Part shown: positions 9,358 through 19,090 of the stretch, in pieces | Layout: each line of letters begins with the position of its first letter | Position numbering within the stretch: position 1 is the stretch's first letter | Assembly (NCBI GenBank): GCA_017559135.1 | Contig: JAFYSZ010000017.1 | Span: 10,140-74,139 of the forward strand | DNA from: Bacteroidales bacterium | GTDB lineage: Bacteria; Bacteroidota; Bacteroidia; Bacteroidales; P3 | Direction: 5' to 3' | Length of the DNA stretch: 64,000 nucleotides | Made by a program: the position numbers and the translations under genes | Notes under the pieces: model-generated | The model's database searches: none | Told to the model about the DNA's origin: nothing | Seen by the model: only the letters and a program-made list of their open reading frames with translations

Positions 9358-10278
9358 ATGAAAACTGAATTTAAAGTAGGGATTTTTGGGCTTATTGTTT
9401 TAGTAATACTATTTTTTGGTATAAAATTTCTAAAAGGAAGTGATATTTTCCAAAAAGAAAACACCTATTATGCTACTTATAATGATGTAAGTGGAATGCT
9501 TGTAAGTAGCAATGTTTTTGTAAATGGACTGAGGGTAGGATATGTAAAAGATATAGAAGCGACAAATGAAAGAGCAGATAATTTTGTTGTTTCTTTTTCT
9601 GTTCGTAGTGATATAAAAATTCCCGAAGACAGTAAAATCATTTTGTTTTCCTCGGATATGTTAGGTTCAAAAGCACTGAAACTTCAACTTGGTACTTCTT
9701 CAAAAATAATAAATGATAAAGATACGATAGCAAGTGATAGAGAATTAGGTATGCTTGATAACTTAGGAGCAAGCATTATGCCTATGATGACGAATTTAGA
9801 TAGCATTTTAACAAGTTTAAATAATATTTTAGATGCACAAAATAAAAATTCGCTTAAAAATACTATTGCAAACATAGAAATAACTACTGCAAAACTTGGC
9901 AATATCACAACGAATTTAGATAATTTGATGAGTAGCGAAAAAACAAAACTTGCTAAAATAATAGAAAACACCGAAAGTATTACTTCAAACCTAAAAGATA
10001 ATAATGAAAAATTAACAAATATAATTCAAAACGTTGATAATATAGTAGATTCTGCTGCGAAAGCAAATATCGGTTCAACACTCGTAGAAACAGGAAAAAG
10101 CATAGAAAGACTTAACTCTGTTTTAGGTGTGATAGAAAAAGGTAAAGGCAATATAGGACTATTGATTAACGATGAAGACTTGTATAAGAGTTTAGATAAT
10201 AGTGCTAAAAACCTTAATAAATTAATAGAAGACATAAAAGAAAATCCAAAAAAATACATCAACGTTTCAGTTTTTTAA
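9358..10278 (+). CDS. MlaD/MCE family protein
   Basis: Single N-terminal TM helix, an MCE core (..YYATYNDVSGMLVSSNVFVNGLRVGYVKDI..), and a long helical C-terminus. Confidence 0.8.
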   Translation: MKTEFKVGIFGLIVLVILFFGIKFLKGSDIFQKENTYYATYNDVSGMLVSSNVFVNGLRVGYVKDIEATNERADNFVVSFSVRSDIKIPEDSKIILFSSDMLGSKALKLQLGTSSKIINDKDTIASDRELGMLDNLGASIMPMMTNLDSILTSLNNILDAQNKNSLKNTIANIEITTAKLGNITTNLDNLMSSEKTKLAKIIENTESITSNLKDNNEKLTNIIQNVDNIVDSAAKANIGSTLVETGKSIERLNSVLGVIEKGKGNIGLLINDEDLYKSLDNSAKNLNKLIEDIKENPKKYINVSVF

Positions 10279-10291
10279 AAAAGAAAATAAT

Positions 10292-11059
10292 ATGTTATTT
10301 GAAGAAATAGTATTTGGACCAATAAAATCAAGACGTTTAGGAGTAAGTTTAGGAGTAAATGTACTTCCAACTGAAAAAAAATATTGTAGTTTTAATTGCA
10401 TATACTGTGAATGTGGTTGGAATAAAATAGATACCTCAATTTCCGTTCCACTAAACAAAAGAGAAGATATAAAACAAGCACTCTATAAAAAATTATCAGA
10501 AAGTACAGCAGAATTTAATAAAACAATAGACTCAATAACATTTTCAGGCAACGGAGAACCAACTCTTCACCCCGATATATTAGGCATTGTAGAAGACGTA
10601 ATAGAGATAAGAAACGAATTTTGTCCACAGGCAAAAATCACAATTCTCTCCAATTCCACAAATCTTGTAAGACAAGACGTATTCAAAGCACTACAACTCA
10701 TAGATAACCCAATTCTAAAAATAGACGCAGGTACAGAGAGAATGTATAAACTAATAAACGAGCCTGTAAGTTGTAGTTTTGAACAAATAAAACAAAAACT
10801 AATAGAATTTGGAAGCAAGTGCATTGTTCAAACCCTACTGCTTAGAGGAGAACATAACGGAGAAAAAATAGACAATACTTCACAAGAAGAATTTACTGCT
10901 TGGTTAGAAATAGTAAAACAAATAAAACCAAAATCTGTTATGCTATACTCAATTGACAGAGAGACTCCTGAGAAAAATCTTGAAAAACTCCTAATACCCG
11001 AACTTGAACAATACGCTGAGAAAGTAAGAAACCTTGGCATAGAAACTTTCACCTATTAA
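10292..11059 (+). CDS. radical SAM protein (255 aa), function unassigned
   Basis: CX3CX2C motif (CSFNCIYCECG) near the N-terminus, and GNGEPT, which is typical of radical SAM cores. Confidence 0.8.
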   Translation: MLFEEIVFGPIKSRRLGVSLGVNVLPTEKKYCSFNCIYCECGWNKIDTSISVPLNKREDIKQALYKKLSESTAEFNKTIDSITFSGNGEPTLHPDILGIVEDVIEIRNEFCPQAKITILSNSTNLVRQDVFKALQLIDNPILKIDAGTERMYKLINEPVSCSFEQIKQKLIEFGSKCIVQTLLLRGEHNGEKIDNTSQEEFTAWLEIVKQIKPKSVMLYSIDRETPEKNLEKLLIPELEQYAEKVRNLGIETFTY

Positions 11060-11066
11060 AAAAATT

Positions 11067-12296
11067 ATGACGCAAAATCAAACTGAAAAATTAGATAAAA
11101 TACTCCTTCATCCTATTTTAGGATATATTATTTTTCTATTGATAATAGGACTAACTTTCTTTCTCACCTTCTCAATAGGCAACTATCCAATGGAGTTGAT
11201 GGAAAAAGGAGTTGATTATTTAGCAGAATTTGCTCAAAAATCAATTCCACAAGGATTCTTCAACGACTTAGTAGTACAAGGCATAATAGGAGGAGTAGGA
11301 GGTGTAATAGTTTTTTTGCCCAATATATTGATTTTGTTTCTCTGCATCTCCCTAATGGAAGAAAGTGGATATATGTCAAGAGCATCACAATTGATGGATA
11401 AGTTTATGCACGCAATAGGACTACACGGAAAAAGTTTTGCACCACTTATTATGGGATTTGGTTGCAACGTACCCGCAATAATGTCCACACGCTTCATAGA
11501 AGACAAAAGAGATAGATTAGTAACAATGCTAATCATTCCTTTTATGTCATGCTCAGCACGCCTACCCGTATATATCGTAATAGCAGGCACATTCTTTCCT
11601 AAATACTCTACCTTAGTTATGCTTTGTTTATATGTGTTGGGTGTGATTTTAGCAATCCTCTTTGCACTATTATTTAAAAAGACATTCAATAAAAGCAATC
11701 ACGTACCCTACAGCCTCAACCTACAAGAATATAGCATACCAAAAATAAAAGCAGTGTCAAGAACAATATGGGTAAACTGCAAAGACTACCTCTCAAAAAT
11801 GGCAGGAATAGTCCTTATTGCCTCCGTAGTGCTATGGTTATTGATGTATTTCCCACAAAAAGACACCAACAACATAGAAGAAAGTTACATAGCACACGCA
11901 GGAAAAGTAATAGAACCTGTGATGAAACCAATAGGATTTGATTGGAAAATATCAGTCAGTTTAATAACAGGCGTTGCAGCAAAAGAAATCATAATCTCCA
12001 CCCTTGGAGTACTTTATTCAGATAATCCAGAAACAAGTTCAGATATTTTAGAAGAAAAGCTGAAATCAGCAACGTACCCTCCTAATGAAGCAGGTGTTGC
12101 TGAAAAAGTATTTACTCCACCTGTGGCACTGAGTTTCCTTGTCTTCACACTGATTTATTTCCCATGCACAGCAGTCTTTGCAGCAGTAAAAAAAGAATCA
12201 AGACTCAAATGGGCAATATTTGTTGTAACCTATACAACAGTTGTCGCTTGGATACTCTCCTTTGCAACCTATCACATAGCAGGATTGTTTTTCTAA
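11067..12296 (+). CDS. FeoB-like membrane (nucleoside-recognition/gate) domain protein lacking the GTPase domain
   Basis: It starts at ..LDKILLHPILGYIIFLLIIG.., the segment that in full-length FeoB follows the G-domain. It has about 8-10 TM helices and no G1-G4 GTPase motifs. Confidence 0.75.
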   Translation: MTQNQTEKLDKILLHPILGYIIFLLIIGLTFFLTFSIGNYPMELMEKGVDYLAEFAQKSIPQGFFNDLVVQGIIGGVGGVIVFLPNILILFLCISLMEESGYMSRASQLMDKFMHAIGLHGKSFAPLIMGFGCNVPAIMSTRFIEDKRDRLVTMLIIPFMSCSARLPVYIVIAGTFFPKYSTLVMLCLYVLGVILAILFALLFKKTFNKSNHVPYSLNLQEYSIPKIKAVSRTIWVNCKDYLSKMAGIVLIASVVLWLLMYFPQKDTNNIEESYIAHAGKVIEPVMKPIGFDWKISVSLITGVAAKEIIISTLGVLYSDNPETSSDILEEKLKSATYPPNEAGVAEKVFTPPVALSFLVFTLIYFPCTAVFAAVKKESRLKWAIFVVTYTTVVAWILSFATYHIAGLFF

Positions 12297-12442
12297 CGCA
12301 ATAAAGAAAGATTGCGTTCTATTTACGTGTGGTTACCGACAAAGTCTCCGACATTTTGATTGTTGGACGATGCAAAAATGATGGTCTAAGATGGACTTGC
12401 CTGATGAAATGAGACAAAATGAATACTTATCTTGAATAAGCG

Positions 12443-14155
12443 TTAGTAATGCTCTTTAATCTTTTCTATAGTTTTATCCACATCAATCTGTTTATAATAA
12501 TCATCGTATTGCTTTTCATCTGTATTTAAGTAATCTAACCAAAGTGATAAACACGAATGGTAAGCAGGCTCTGCATCGCTAAGAGATGAATTTTGCCCAA
12601 CATAACCCTTACTTGCGCACCAAGTTTCTATGCTTACAGGATACAAATATGTTGGACCAGGAATTGTGATAATACGCGCATAGCCATTTTCATCAATTAC
12701 CAGCTTATTATTTTTCGAGTCATCGGCATTTGCCATTAAATTTTTAATTTCATCAAACGTAAACAGATGAGATGGTTTACTTTTCCTTATAATATCAATA
12801 TCCCACGACAGATATGCTAGCTCTGTATCTAATCCGTTTGCTTCACAGTCAGATTTTACTTTGTTGTTAATGGCTTCGATAAGTGCAATGACATTCTCTT
12901 TACTGTTGACTTCCAGCGCTTCTGACATATCAGTTTCTTTGAGTGCTTTGATATACCCATCTGTACAAAGATAATCTGCATTTTTATTAAAAAAGTCCAT
13001 AATTTTAAAGTCGGTATTTATTCTTAAACGATAGATACAACTACAACTTGAGGTATTATTGACCGTTTGCGTAATAGTATCTTTAAAATTCCATGTTTTT
13101 AGATTTTTATTGATGTAATCTTTTGGAGATGGTTTTGTAGGAACATTTAGTTTGTTATAATATATCATTTGATAAATTTTTTGTTTAAAATCTAAAATAT
13201 AGTACATTAGATTGATATATAATTCCCCTATATCTTCAAATTTAATAGGTAATCCAGTATCATGAGACAAATCATTTGCAATCTGAGCGATTTTATTTAA
13301 ACGTGATTTGTCATCATCCGTATTCGTATATACATTTTGTTTTAGTGGGCTTATCAAATCGCCTAACAGAAGCTTATTGTAATCCTTCTTTTTATTTTTT
13401 AAATTATAAAAACATGTAACCAATTTGAAAAAAGCCTCTGCAACTGTTCTTATTTGATTGCCATACATCTTGATAAAATCATCAATTTCTTCCTTGTCTT
13501 TTGTTTTTCCTATTTGATTAGAAAGTTTATTTAAGCAGTTTTTTAGACGTTCACCTAAAACATCATTATTATATAAATACAAATATTTTTTAGAATCATA
13601 TGCAGAGATAGAAAGTATTTTAGGAATTATCCAAAATGAAGTAATTGGCGTTTTCATTGCTCTTATATACTCAGATAAGTTATTTTTTGTTCTTACCAAA
13701 TTAGATGTAAAGAAACTAGACTTCTCATCATAACTCTTAATGGTATATTTACCTTCTTCTACAAATGACTCTATCATTTTTTGATTCATCGTATATCCAT
13801 TTACTACAATTGCGATACAATTTCCATTGTTAATACGGATAAAATGAATATTTTTAAAACGAATAAGGAAACTATAGGTGTCATAAGGATGTGTCATCTT
13901 GTGCATTTTTCTTATTTTAGGATCATTTTCTGGAACTCGAGTACACAAGCGCATCATACCTTTGTCATGATCGAAATCGACACATTCTATTCGATCGTCA
14001 TTATCTGCATCCAAACAATCAATGTTGACCCAGTCCTTTGTTTTATCCAAGAACTCGCTGAAAAAAGTTTCAGCCGTATGACTATCTTCAATTTTGTTGT
14101 TGTATCTATTGGCAAAATCGGTAAATATTTTTATGCCATCATTTTCTTCATTCAT
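12443..14155 (-). CDS. orphan hypothetical protein (570 aa), soluble, no assignable family
   Basis: Uninterrupted 1.7-kb ORF with an ATG start and a minus-strand TAgaTTTG box (plus-strand CAAATCTA at 14208-14215) about 50 nt upstream. No TM segment or signal peptide. The mid-region (..LNKIAQIANDLSHDTG..) is faintly reminiscent of DUF4145/HEPN-like helical modules. Confidence 0.7.
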   Translation of the reverse strand: MNEENDGIKIFTDFANRYNNKIEDSHTAETFFSEFLDKTKDWVNIDCLDADNDDRIECVDFDHDKGMMRLCTRVPENDPKIRKMHKMTHPYDTYSFLIRFKNIHFIRINNGNCIAIVVNGYTMNQKMIESFVEEGKYTIKSYDEKSSFFTSNLVRTKNNLSEYIRAMKTPITSFWIIPKILSISAYDSKKYLYLYNNDVLGERLKNCLNKLSNQIGKTKDKEEIDDFIKMYGNQIRTVAEAFFKLVTCFYNLKNKKKDYNKLLLGDLISPLKQNVYTNTDDDKSRLNKIAQIANDLSHDTGLPIKFEDIGELYINLMYYILDFKQKIYQMIYYNKLNVPTKPSPKDYINKNLKTWNFKDTITQTVNNTSSCSCIYRLRINTDFKIMDFFNKNADYLCTDGYIKALKETDMSEALEVNSKENVIALIEAINNKVKSDCEANGLDTELAYLSWDIDIIRKSKPSHLFTFDEIKNLMANADDSKNNKLVIDENGYARIITIPGPTYLYPVSIETWCASKGYVGQNSSLSDAEPAYHSCLSLWLDYLNTDEKQYDDYYKQIDVDKTIEKIKEHY

Positions 14156-14410
14156 CTTTGAGACAGGTTTGATTCTTAATTTGATTTTAAAATATTACAC
14201 TACGTTTGCAAATCTACTAATTTCTTTCATGTCAGCAAAATATTTTTGCAACTAACTCATATTTCATTGTTAGCAGTAGAACATCAAAATAAGAATGAGG
14301 ACGTTGAAAGGTTTTTGTCGTTAATTTACAACTTATTTTTCTTTGATTTTTACAATTTTTTCTTTGAAAAATTTTAAAAAAGCATAGATTTTCTTAGCGT
14401 ACAAAAATAA

Positions 14411-14446
14411 AACTCAATTAAAAAACGACAGTTTTTTAATTGAGTT
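14411..14446 (-). terminator. 16-bp perfect AT-rich hairpin (aactcaattaaaaaac/gttttttaattgagtt), a possible bidirectional terminator
   Basis: Read directly. It has a 4-nt loop and T-rich tracts on both sides. It sits between the OMP gene stop (14618) and the orphan gene start (14155). Confidence 0.4.
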
Positions 14447-14617
14447 GCTCTTCGCTATAATTTATTACAAGATATCAGTTATTTATTATTATTTATATGT
14501 ATTCATTTTTGGAAGTTTTTTTGTTCTTTTGGAGAATAATTGTAATTACTTTTTGGAAGAATTTTATTCTTTTTTTTCAGGTAATTTCTGCTTTTTTGGA
14601 ATGCTTGTTTTTTTCCC

Positions 14618-15826
14618 TTAACTCTTTATTCTGACTCTTATTCCCCACATGCCTGGATAGGTTTCTTTTTCAAAGGAGAGAGAACGTATGATTTCTACTC
14701 CAAGGGTATTGAAGAGATTGTCTAATCCTATGCCTATTTCATGGTAAGGAAGGTATTGTCCTGTGAGAGATTTGTGATAGAGAAATAGGGTGGTTTTGGT
14801 TTGTTTTAGTGCTAAGTTTAGTTGTGCAAAGGTTTGAAGGTATTGTTTGTGATAGGTTGTGCGTCCGTATTGCAAGAGGTTAAATCCATAAATAGAGCTT
14901 ACTAAGGAGTTTGTCATATTTGGGGTTAGAAGTAGGTATGGATTGGTGCTGCCAAAGATTTTTCCTCCTGTGAGTCTTAGGTCTAAGGCAATGTTTTTGG
15001 TTAGAAAGATTCTTCTTTGTGAGCTTAGGAGTATTTCTTGGTATTTTCTTTCTACGTTGCTAAGTGGTATGTTATAGGAGTAGGTAAAGGAGATTTTTGT
15101 GGGTAGGGAGTAGAGTTTTCCTTGGAAGGTTTCGGGCGTTTTTCTTGCTTTTTTTCTTTCGGGTTGCCATGCGAGGTTTGCTTCTGCTATTATGTATTGT
15201 ATTGGGGTTTGGATTAGTTGGGTTATTTCTTTGTCTTTGTAGTGTAGGCGTGAGTAATAGTTGCGATAGTGTAGGGCAGGGGTGATGCTGATTGCGTTAG
15301 GGAGTTCGTGGAAGTATTTTAGGGTTGCTTTTCTTTGAAAGGCGAGGGAAAAGTTTGTCCAGGTGGAGAGGGAGTATTGTATTTTGTCGTAATCGGCAAG
15401 GTAGGGCATATAGGTGTTGTCATAGTAGGAAAGGGATAGGGTTTTTGCTCCAAAGGAGTAGAGGGAGGTTGCTTTTTTTGCAAAGTTGTATCCTATGCTT
15501 GCTCCGTATTTGAATTTCTTGTCAGCGGTGCCGTATGCTAAGAGCCATTCAAATGAGAAGCGTTTTGAGAGTTTTTGATTGGTTTTCCCACTTACTCTTA
15601 GTCTTACGCCTTCTATGGGGTTGTAACTTAGGAAGTTTTCGCATGGTCCAAGGTCTACTACTCCTAAGGTGAAATAGGTGTTGTTGAGTAGGTTGTCTAT
15701 TTTGTTTTGGAGCAGAAGTCTTCCTACTCTTTCTATTTCTGCTTCGCTTAGGGGCGTGTAAGAATATTGTGCTTTTGTGCTTAGGGTTAGGATTGTAAGG
15801 GTTAGAAGAATGATTATTTTTTTCAT
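14618..15826 (-). CDS. hypothetical outer membrane protein (402 aa)
   Basis: Signal peptide (MKKIIILLTLTILTLSTKAQ) and Tyr/Gly/Ser-rich alternating beta-strand composition. Confidence 0.6.
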   Translation of the reverse strand: MKKIIILLTLTILTLSTKAQYSYTPLSEAEIERVGRLLLQNKIDNLLNNTYFTLGVVDLGPCENFLSYNPIEGVRLRVSGKTNQKLSKRFSFEWLLAYGTADKKFKYGASIGYNFAKKATSLYSFGAKTLSLSYYDNTYMPYLADYDKIQYSLSTWTNFSLAFQRKATLKYFHELPNAISITPALHYRNYYSRLHYKDKEITQLIQTPIQYIIAEANLAWQPERKKARKTPETFQGKLYSLPTKISFTYSYNIPLSNVERKYQEILLSSQRRIFLTKNIALDLRLTGGKIFGSTNPYLLLTPNMTNSLVSSIYGFNLLQYGRTTYHKQYLQTFAQLNLALKQTKTTLFLYHKSLTGQYLPYHEIGIGLDNLFNTLGVEIIRSLSFEKETYPGMWGIRVRIKS

Positions 15827-15837
15827 ATTTTTTTGTT

Positions 15838-17079
15838 TTAAATGTTATCACTTGCAAGTACTGCTGTTGAGAAGGCGATTTGTAGGTTGAATCCTCCTGT
15901 GTCGGCGTCAAGGTCGATTTCTTCTCCAATGAAGTAGAGCCCTTTTATTTTTTTACTTTCCATTGTGTGAGGGTTGATTTCATTTAGTGAGATTCCTCCT
16001 TGTGTTATGATTGCTTCGTCCCAACCCATATCGCCTATTATTTCTTCTTTGTAGTGTTTTAAGTAGGTTAGGATTGCTTGTGGAAGGGGTGTTTTATTGT
16101 TTTGTTTTTCTTCTTTATACCATCGTTTGAAGTCGAAGCATACTTCTTTTGGTAACCATGCTCTTACTATGTTTTCTACGCTCATGCCTTGTCTTTCTTT
16201 GAGTGTGGTGGTGATTTCTTCTAAGAGTGCTTTTTCGTTTATTTTTGGTTTTAGGTCTATTTGTAGATAGAGTTGTTCATTGTAGAGTAGGTGTGCTATT
16301 TTGCGTGAGAGGCGTAGGATTGCTGGTCCTGAAAATCCGTACTGGTCAAGTGTTATGTCTCCGTTTTCTTGTGCTATGATTTGGTTATTGTGAAGGATTT
16401 TTACGTTTGTGTTTTTTATTAGGTAGTTTTGTAGGTTTTCATGGTGTCCTCTTTGGGTGCGTAGTCCTACAAGGGTAGGATAGAGTGGGGTTATTGTGTG
16501 TCCACATTTTTTTGCTAAGTAGTAGGCGTCTCCTTCGCTGCCTGTTTGTGGATAGGTCTTTCCTCCTGTTGCAAGGATTACTTTGTCGCAGTAGTATTCT
16601 TTGTCTTCAAGGGTTCTTACTCCTTTTATTTGATTGTTTTTTATGATGAGTGAACTTATTGTTTGTGAGAAGTAAATATCGGTTAGTGGGGAGTTTTCTA
16701 TTTGTTTTATTAGGGCAAGGAATATGTCAAGACTTTTACCGCTTTTGGGGTATATTCTTCGTCCTCTTTCTTCTATTAATTTTACTCCAAGGTCTTGAAA
16801 AAGTTGTATTGTGTCGTGGTTAGAGAAGCGTTTTAGGGCTGTTGTGAGGAAGTTTTTATCGCTTTTTAGTGAGGAACAATGTGAAAGAAATTCTGTTAAT
16901 GAGAGGGTATTGGTTAGGTTGCAACGTCCTTTTCCTGTAAGGCGTAGTTTTAATCCTGCTTGTTTCTTTTTTTCTAAAAGTAATACTTTTTTATTTCTTT
17001 TTTGCAAGAATAGGGTGGCAAGTAACCCTGAGGCACCTGCTCCTATTACTATGCAATCGTATTTATTTTTTTTGGTCAT
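15838..17079 (-). CDS. NAD(P)/FAD-dependent oxidoreductase, HI0933/BaiN family
   Basis: N-terminal dinucleotide fold DCIVIGAGASGLLATL, and C-terminal ..GEEIDLDADTGGFNLQIAFSTA.. typical of HI0933-like flavoproteins. Confidence 0.85.
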   Translation of the reverse strand: MTKKNKYDCIVIGAGASGLLATLFLQKRNKKVLLLEKKKQAGLKLRLTGKGRCNLTNTLSLTEFLSHCSSLKSDKNFLTTALKRFSNHDTIQLFQDLGVKLIEERGRRIYPKSGKSLDIFLALIKQIENSPLTDIYFSQTISSLIIKNNQIKGVRTLEDKEYYCDKVILATGGKTYPQTGSEGDAYYLAKKCGHTITPLYPTLVGLRTQRGHHENLQNYLIKNTNVKILHNNQIIAQENGDITLDQYGFSGPAILRLSRKIAHLLYNEQLYLQIDLKPKINEKALLEEITTTLKERQGMSVENIVRAWLPKEVCFDFKRWYKEEKQNNKTPLPQAILTYLKHYKEEIIGDMGWDEAIITQGGISLNEINPHTMESKKIKGLYFIGEEIDLDADTGGFNLQIAFSTAVLASDNI

Positions 17080-17947
17080 ATCCGAAATTTTGTAGATCTC
17101 TTTCGCTATTTCTCCAGTCTTTTTTTACTTTAACGAATAATTCTAAGAAACATTTTTTTGAGGTAAATTCTTCTATGTCTTTTCTTGCTTCTATTCCTAT
17201 TTTTTTGATTTGATTGCCGTTGTGTCCTATTATTATTCTTTTTTGTGATTCTCTTTCGGTAAAGATAACTGCTCTTATTTTGTTGAGTTTGTCGCTTTCA
17301 AGGTATTCTTCTACCATAACTTCGGTTGAGTATGGGATTTCTTTTTCGTAACGAAGTAGTATTTTTTCGCGAATGATTTCGCTGACTAAAAATCTCATGC
17401 TTTTGTCTGTTAGCATATCTTTGTCGTAGTAGGCAGGTGAGATGGGGAGTTTTTCTTTTACTAATTCCATTACTCTTTCTACTCCTATTTTGTGAAGTGC
17501 TGAGCATGGTACTACTTCGGCATTTGGTAGGAGTTCTTTCCAGCGATTGATTATTTCAACTACTTTTTCTTGCGTTGCGTTATCTACTTTGTTGATTACT
17601 ACAATTGTTGGTGTGGTACTTCGTGCTATTTTGTTTAGTATATCGCTGTTTTTTAAAGTTTCTCCAAGGTCTGTTACTACAAGATAGACGTCTGCATCGG
17701 TTAATGCTCCTTCTACTTGTTGTAGCATACATTGTTGTAACTTGTAGTGTGGATTTAAAATTCCTGGTGTATCGGAGAATACTATTTGAAAGTCTTCACC
17801 ACTTACTACTCCTAATATCCTATGTCTTGTGGTTTGACTTTTGCGTGTTATTATGCTTATTTTTTCTCCTACTAAGGCGTTCATAAGGGTTGATTTGCCT
17901 ACGTTTGGATTTCCTATTATGTTTACAAAACCTGCTTTATGACTCAT
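17063..17947 (-). CDS. era: GTPase Era
   Basis: G1 GNPNVGKST, G3 DTPG, G4 NKVD, and a C-terminal KH domain (..VIFTERESQKRIIIGHNGNQIKKIG..). Confidence 0.95.
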   Translation of the reverse strand: MSHKAGFVNIIGNPNVGKSTLMNALVGEKISIITRKSQTTRHRILGVVSGEDFQIVFSDTPGILNPHYKLQQCMLQQVEGALTDADVYLVVTDLGETLKNSDILNKIARSTTPTIVVINKVDNATQEKVVEIINRWKELLPNAEVVPCSALHKIGVERVMELVKEKLPISPAYYDKDMLTDKSMRFLVSEIIREKILLRYEKEIPYSTEVMVEEYLESDKLNKIRAVIFTERESQKRIIIGHNGNQIKKIGIEARKDIEEFTSKKCFLELFVKVKKDWRNSERDLQNFGYDQKK

Positions 17948-17960
17948 TGTTATTTTATTT

Positions 17961-18935
17961 TTAAATTATACCTTCAGTTATTAAATCATGGATATGTATT
18001 ATTCCAAGATATTTATTGTTTTCATCGGTTACTATAAGTTGTGTGATGTGATGTTGTTGCATGATAGTGAATGCTTCTACTGCGAATGCTTCTGCTTGAA
18101 TTGTTTTTGGATTTTTTGTCATTATTTGTTCTGCTGTTTGGGTTTGTGTGTCAATAATGCTTTTGTTGTTTAGCATTCGTCTTAAGTCTCCATCAGTTAT
18201 TATTCCTAAGATGTTGTTCTCTTCTGCTACAACGGTACATCCTAAGCGTTTGCTTGTTATTTCCATTAGAGTTTCGGTAAGTGGTGTTGAGCAAGTAACG
18301 ACTGGTTTCTCGTTTTTTATGTATAGGTCGCTCACTTTTAAGTATAGACGTTTGCCTAAACTGCCTCCTGGGTGGTATTTAGCAAAATCTTCTGCCGTAA
18401 AGTTTCTACAATATAGTAAGGCAACAGCAAGTGCATCTCCTATTACGAGTTGTGCAGTAGTAGATGAAGTTGGTGCTAAATTGTTGGGACAAGCTTCTTT
18501 TTCTACGGTGCAATTCAAAATGTAATCGGCACTTTTTGCTAGGTAAGAGTCGGTGTTTCCTACTAAGGCAATGAGTTTGTTGCCTCTTGCTTTGACAAGT
18601 GGTGCTAAAACTTTTATCTCGGGAGTGTTTCCACTTTTTGATATACATATTACTATATCATTTGGTTGAATTATGCCTAAGTCTCCGTGTATTGCTTCTG
18701 CGGCATGCATAAAAATCGAAGGTGTGCCTGTTGAATTGAGTGTTGCAACAATTTTATTGCCAATTATTGCACTTTTTCCTATACCACTTATTATTACTCT
18801 TCCTTTGCTATTAAATATTTCTTTGACTGCTTCTACAAATTCGTTATCAATGTAATTTATAAGACGTTCTATGCAGAGGCATTCTTTCTTGATAGTTTCT
18901 TTTGCTATCTCTAAAATTTCAAAATCACTTTTCAC
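17961..18935 (-). CDS. kdsD: KpsF/GutQ family arabinose-5-phosphate isomerase (SIS plus 2 CBS domains)
   Basis: SIS motif GRVIISGIGKSAIIG and tandem CBS domains at the C-terminus. Confidence 0.9.
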   Translation of the reverse strand: MKSDFEILEIAKETIKKECLCIERLINYIDNEFVEAVKEIFNSKGRVIISGIGKSAIIGNKIVATLNSTGTPSIFMHAAEAIHGDLGIIQPNDIVICISKSGNTPEIKVLAPLVKARGNKLIALVGNTDSYLAKSADYILNCTVEKEACPNNLAPTSSTTAQLVIGDALAVALLYCRNFTAEDFAKYHPGGSLGKRLYLKVSDLYIKNEKPVVTCSTPLTETLMEITSKRLGCTVVAEENNILGIITDGDLRRMLNNKSIIDTQTQTAEQIMTKNPKTIQAEAFAVEAFTIMQQHHITQLIVTDENNKYLGIIHIHDLITEGII

Positions 18936-19090
18936 AATTTTATTTTTTTTAAAAACATTTGTTCAATCTAAAAAAATGTAGTACCTTTACATATTCAAAT
19001 TTATGTTTGTAAAGCGACTAAATTGAACAGCAAAGTTACACATTATTATTGAATAATACTCGTTGTATGGAGAGTTGTGAAAGTAATAAA

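Noticed and set aside
12320-12370. GC-richer stretch downstream of the feoB-like gene as a tRNA fragment or att site
   Set aside because: I could not fold it into any tRNA arm or find a matching repeat on the other side of the orphan gene. It is kept only as context in the orphan-gene finding.
15549-15929. 126-aa basic ORF bridging two minus-strand genes
   Set aside because: It is out of frame over the 5' end of the OMP gene and the 3' end of the HI0933-family gene. It has low-complexity Lys/Arg/Pro/Thr content and no independent support.
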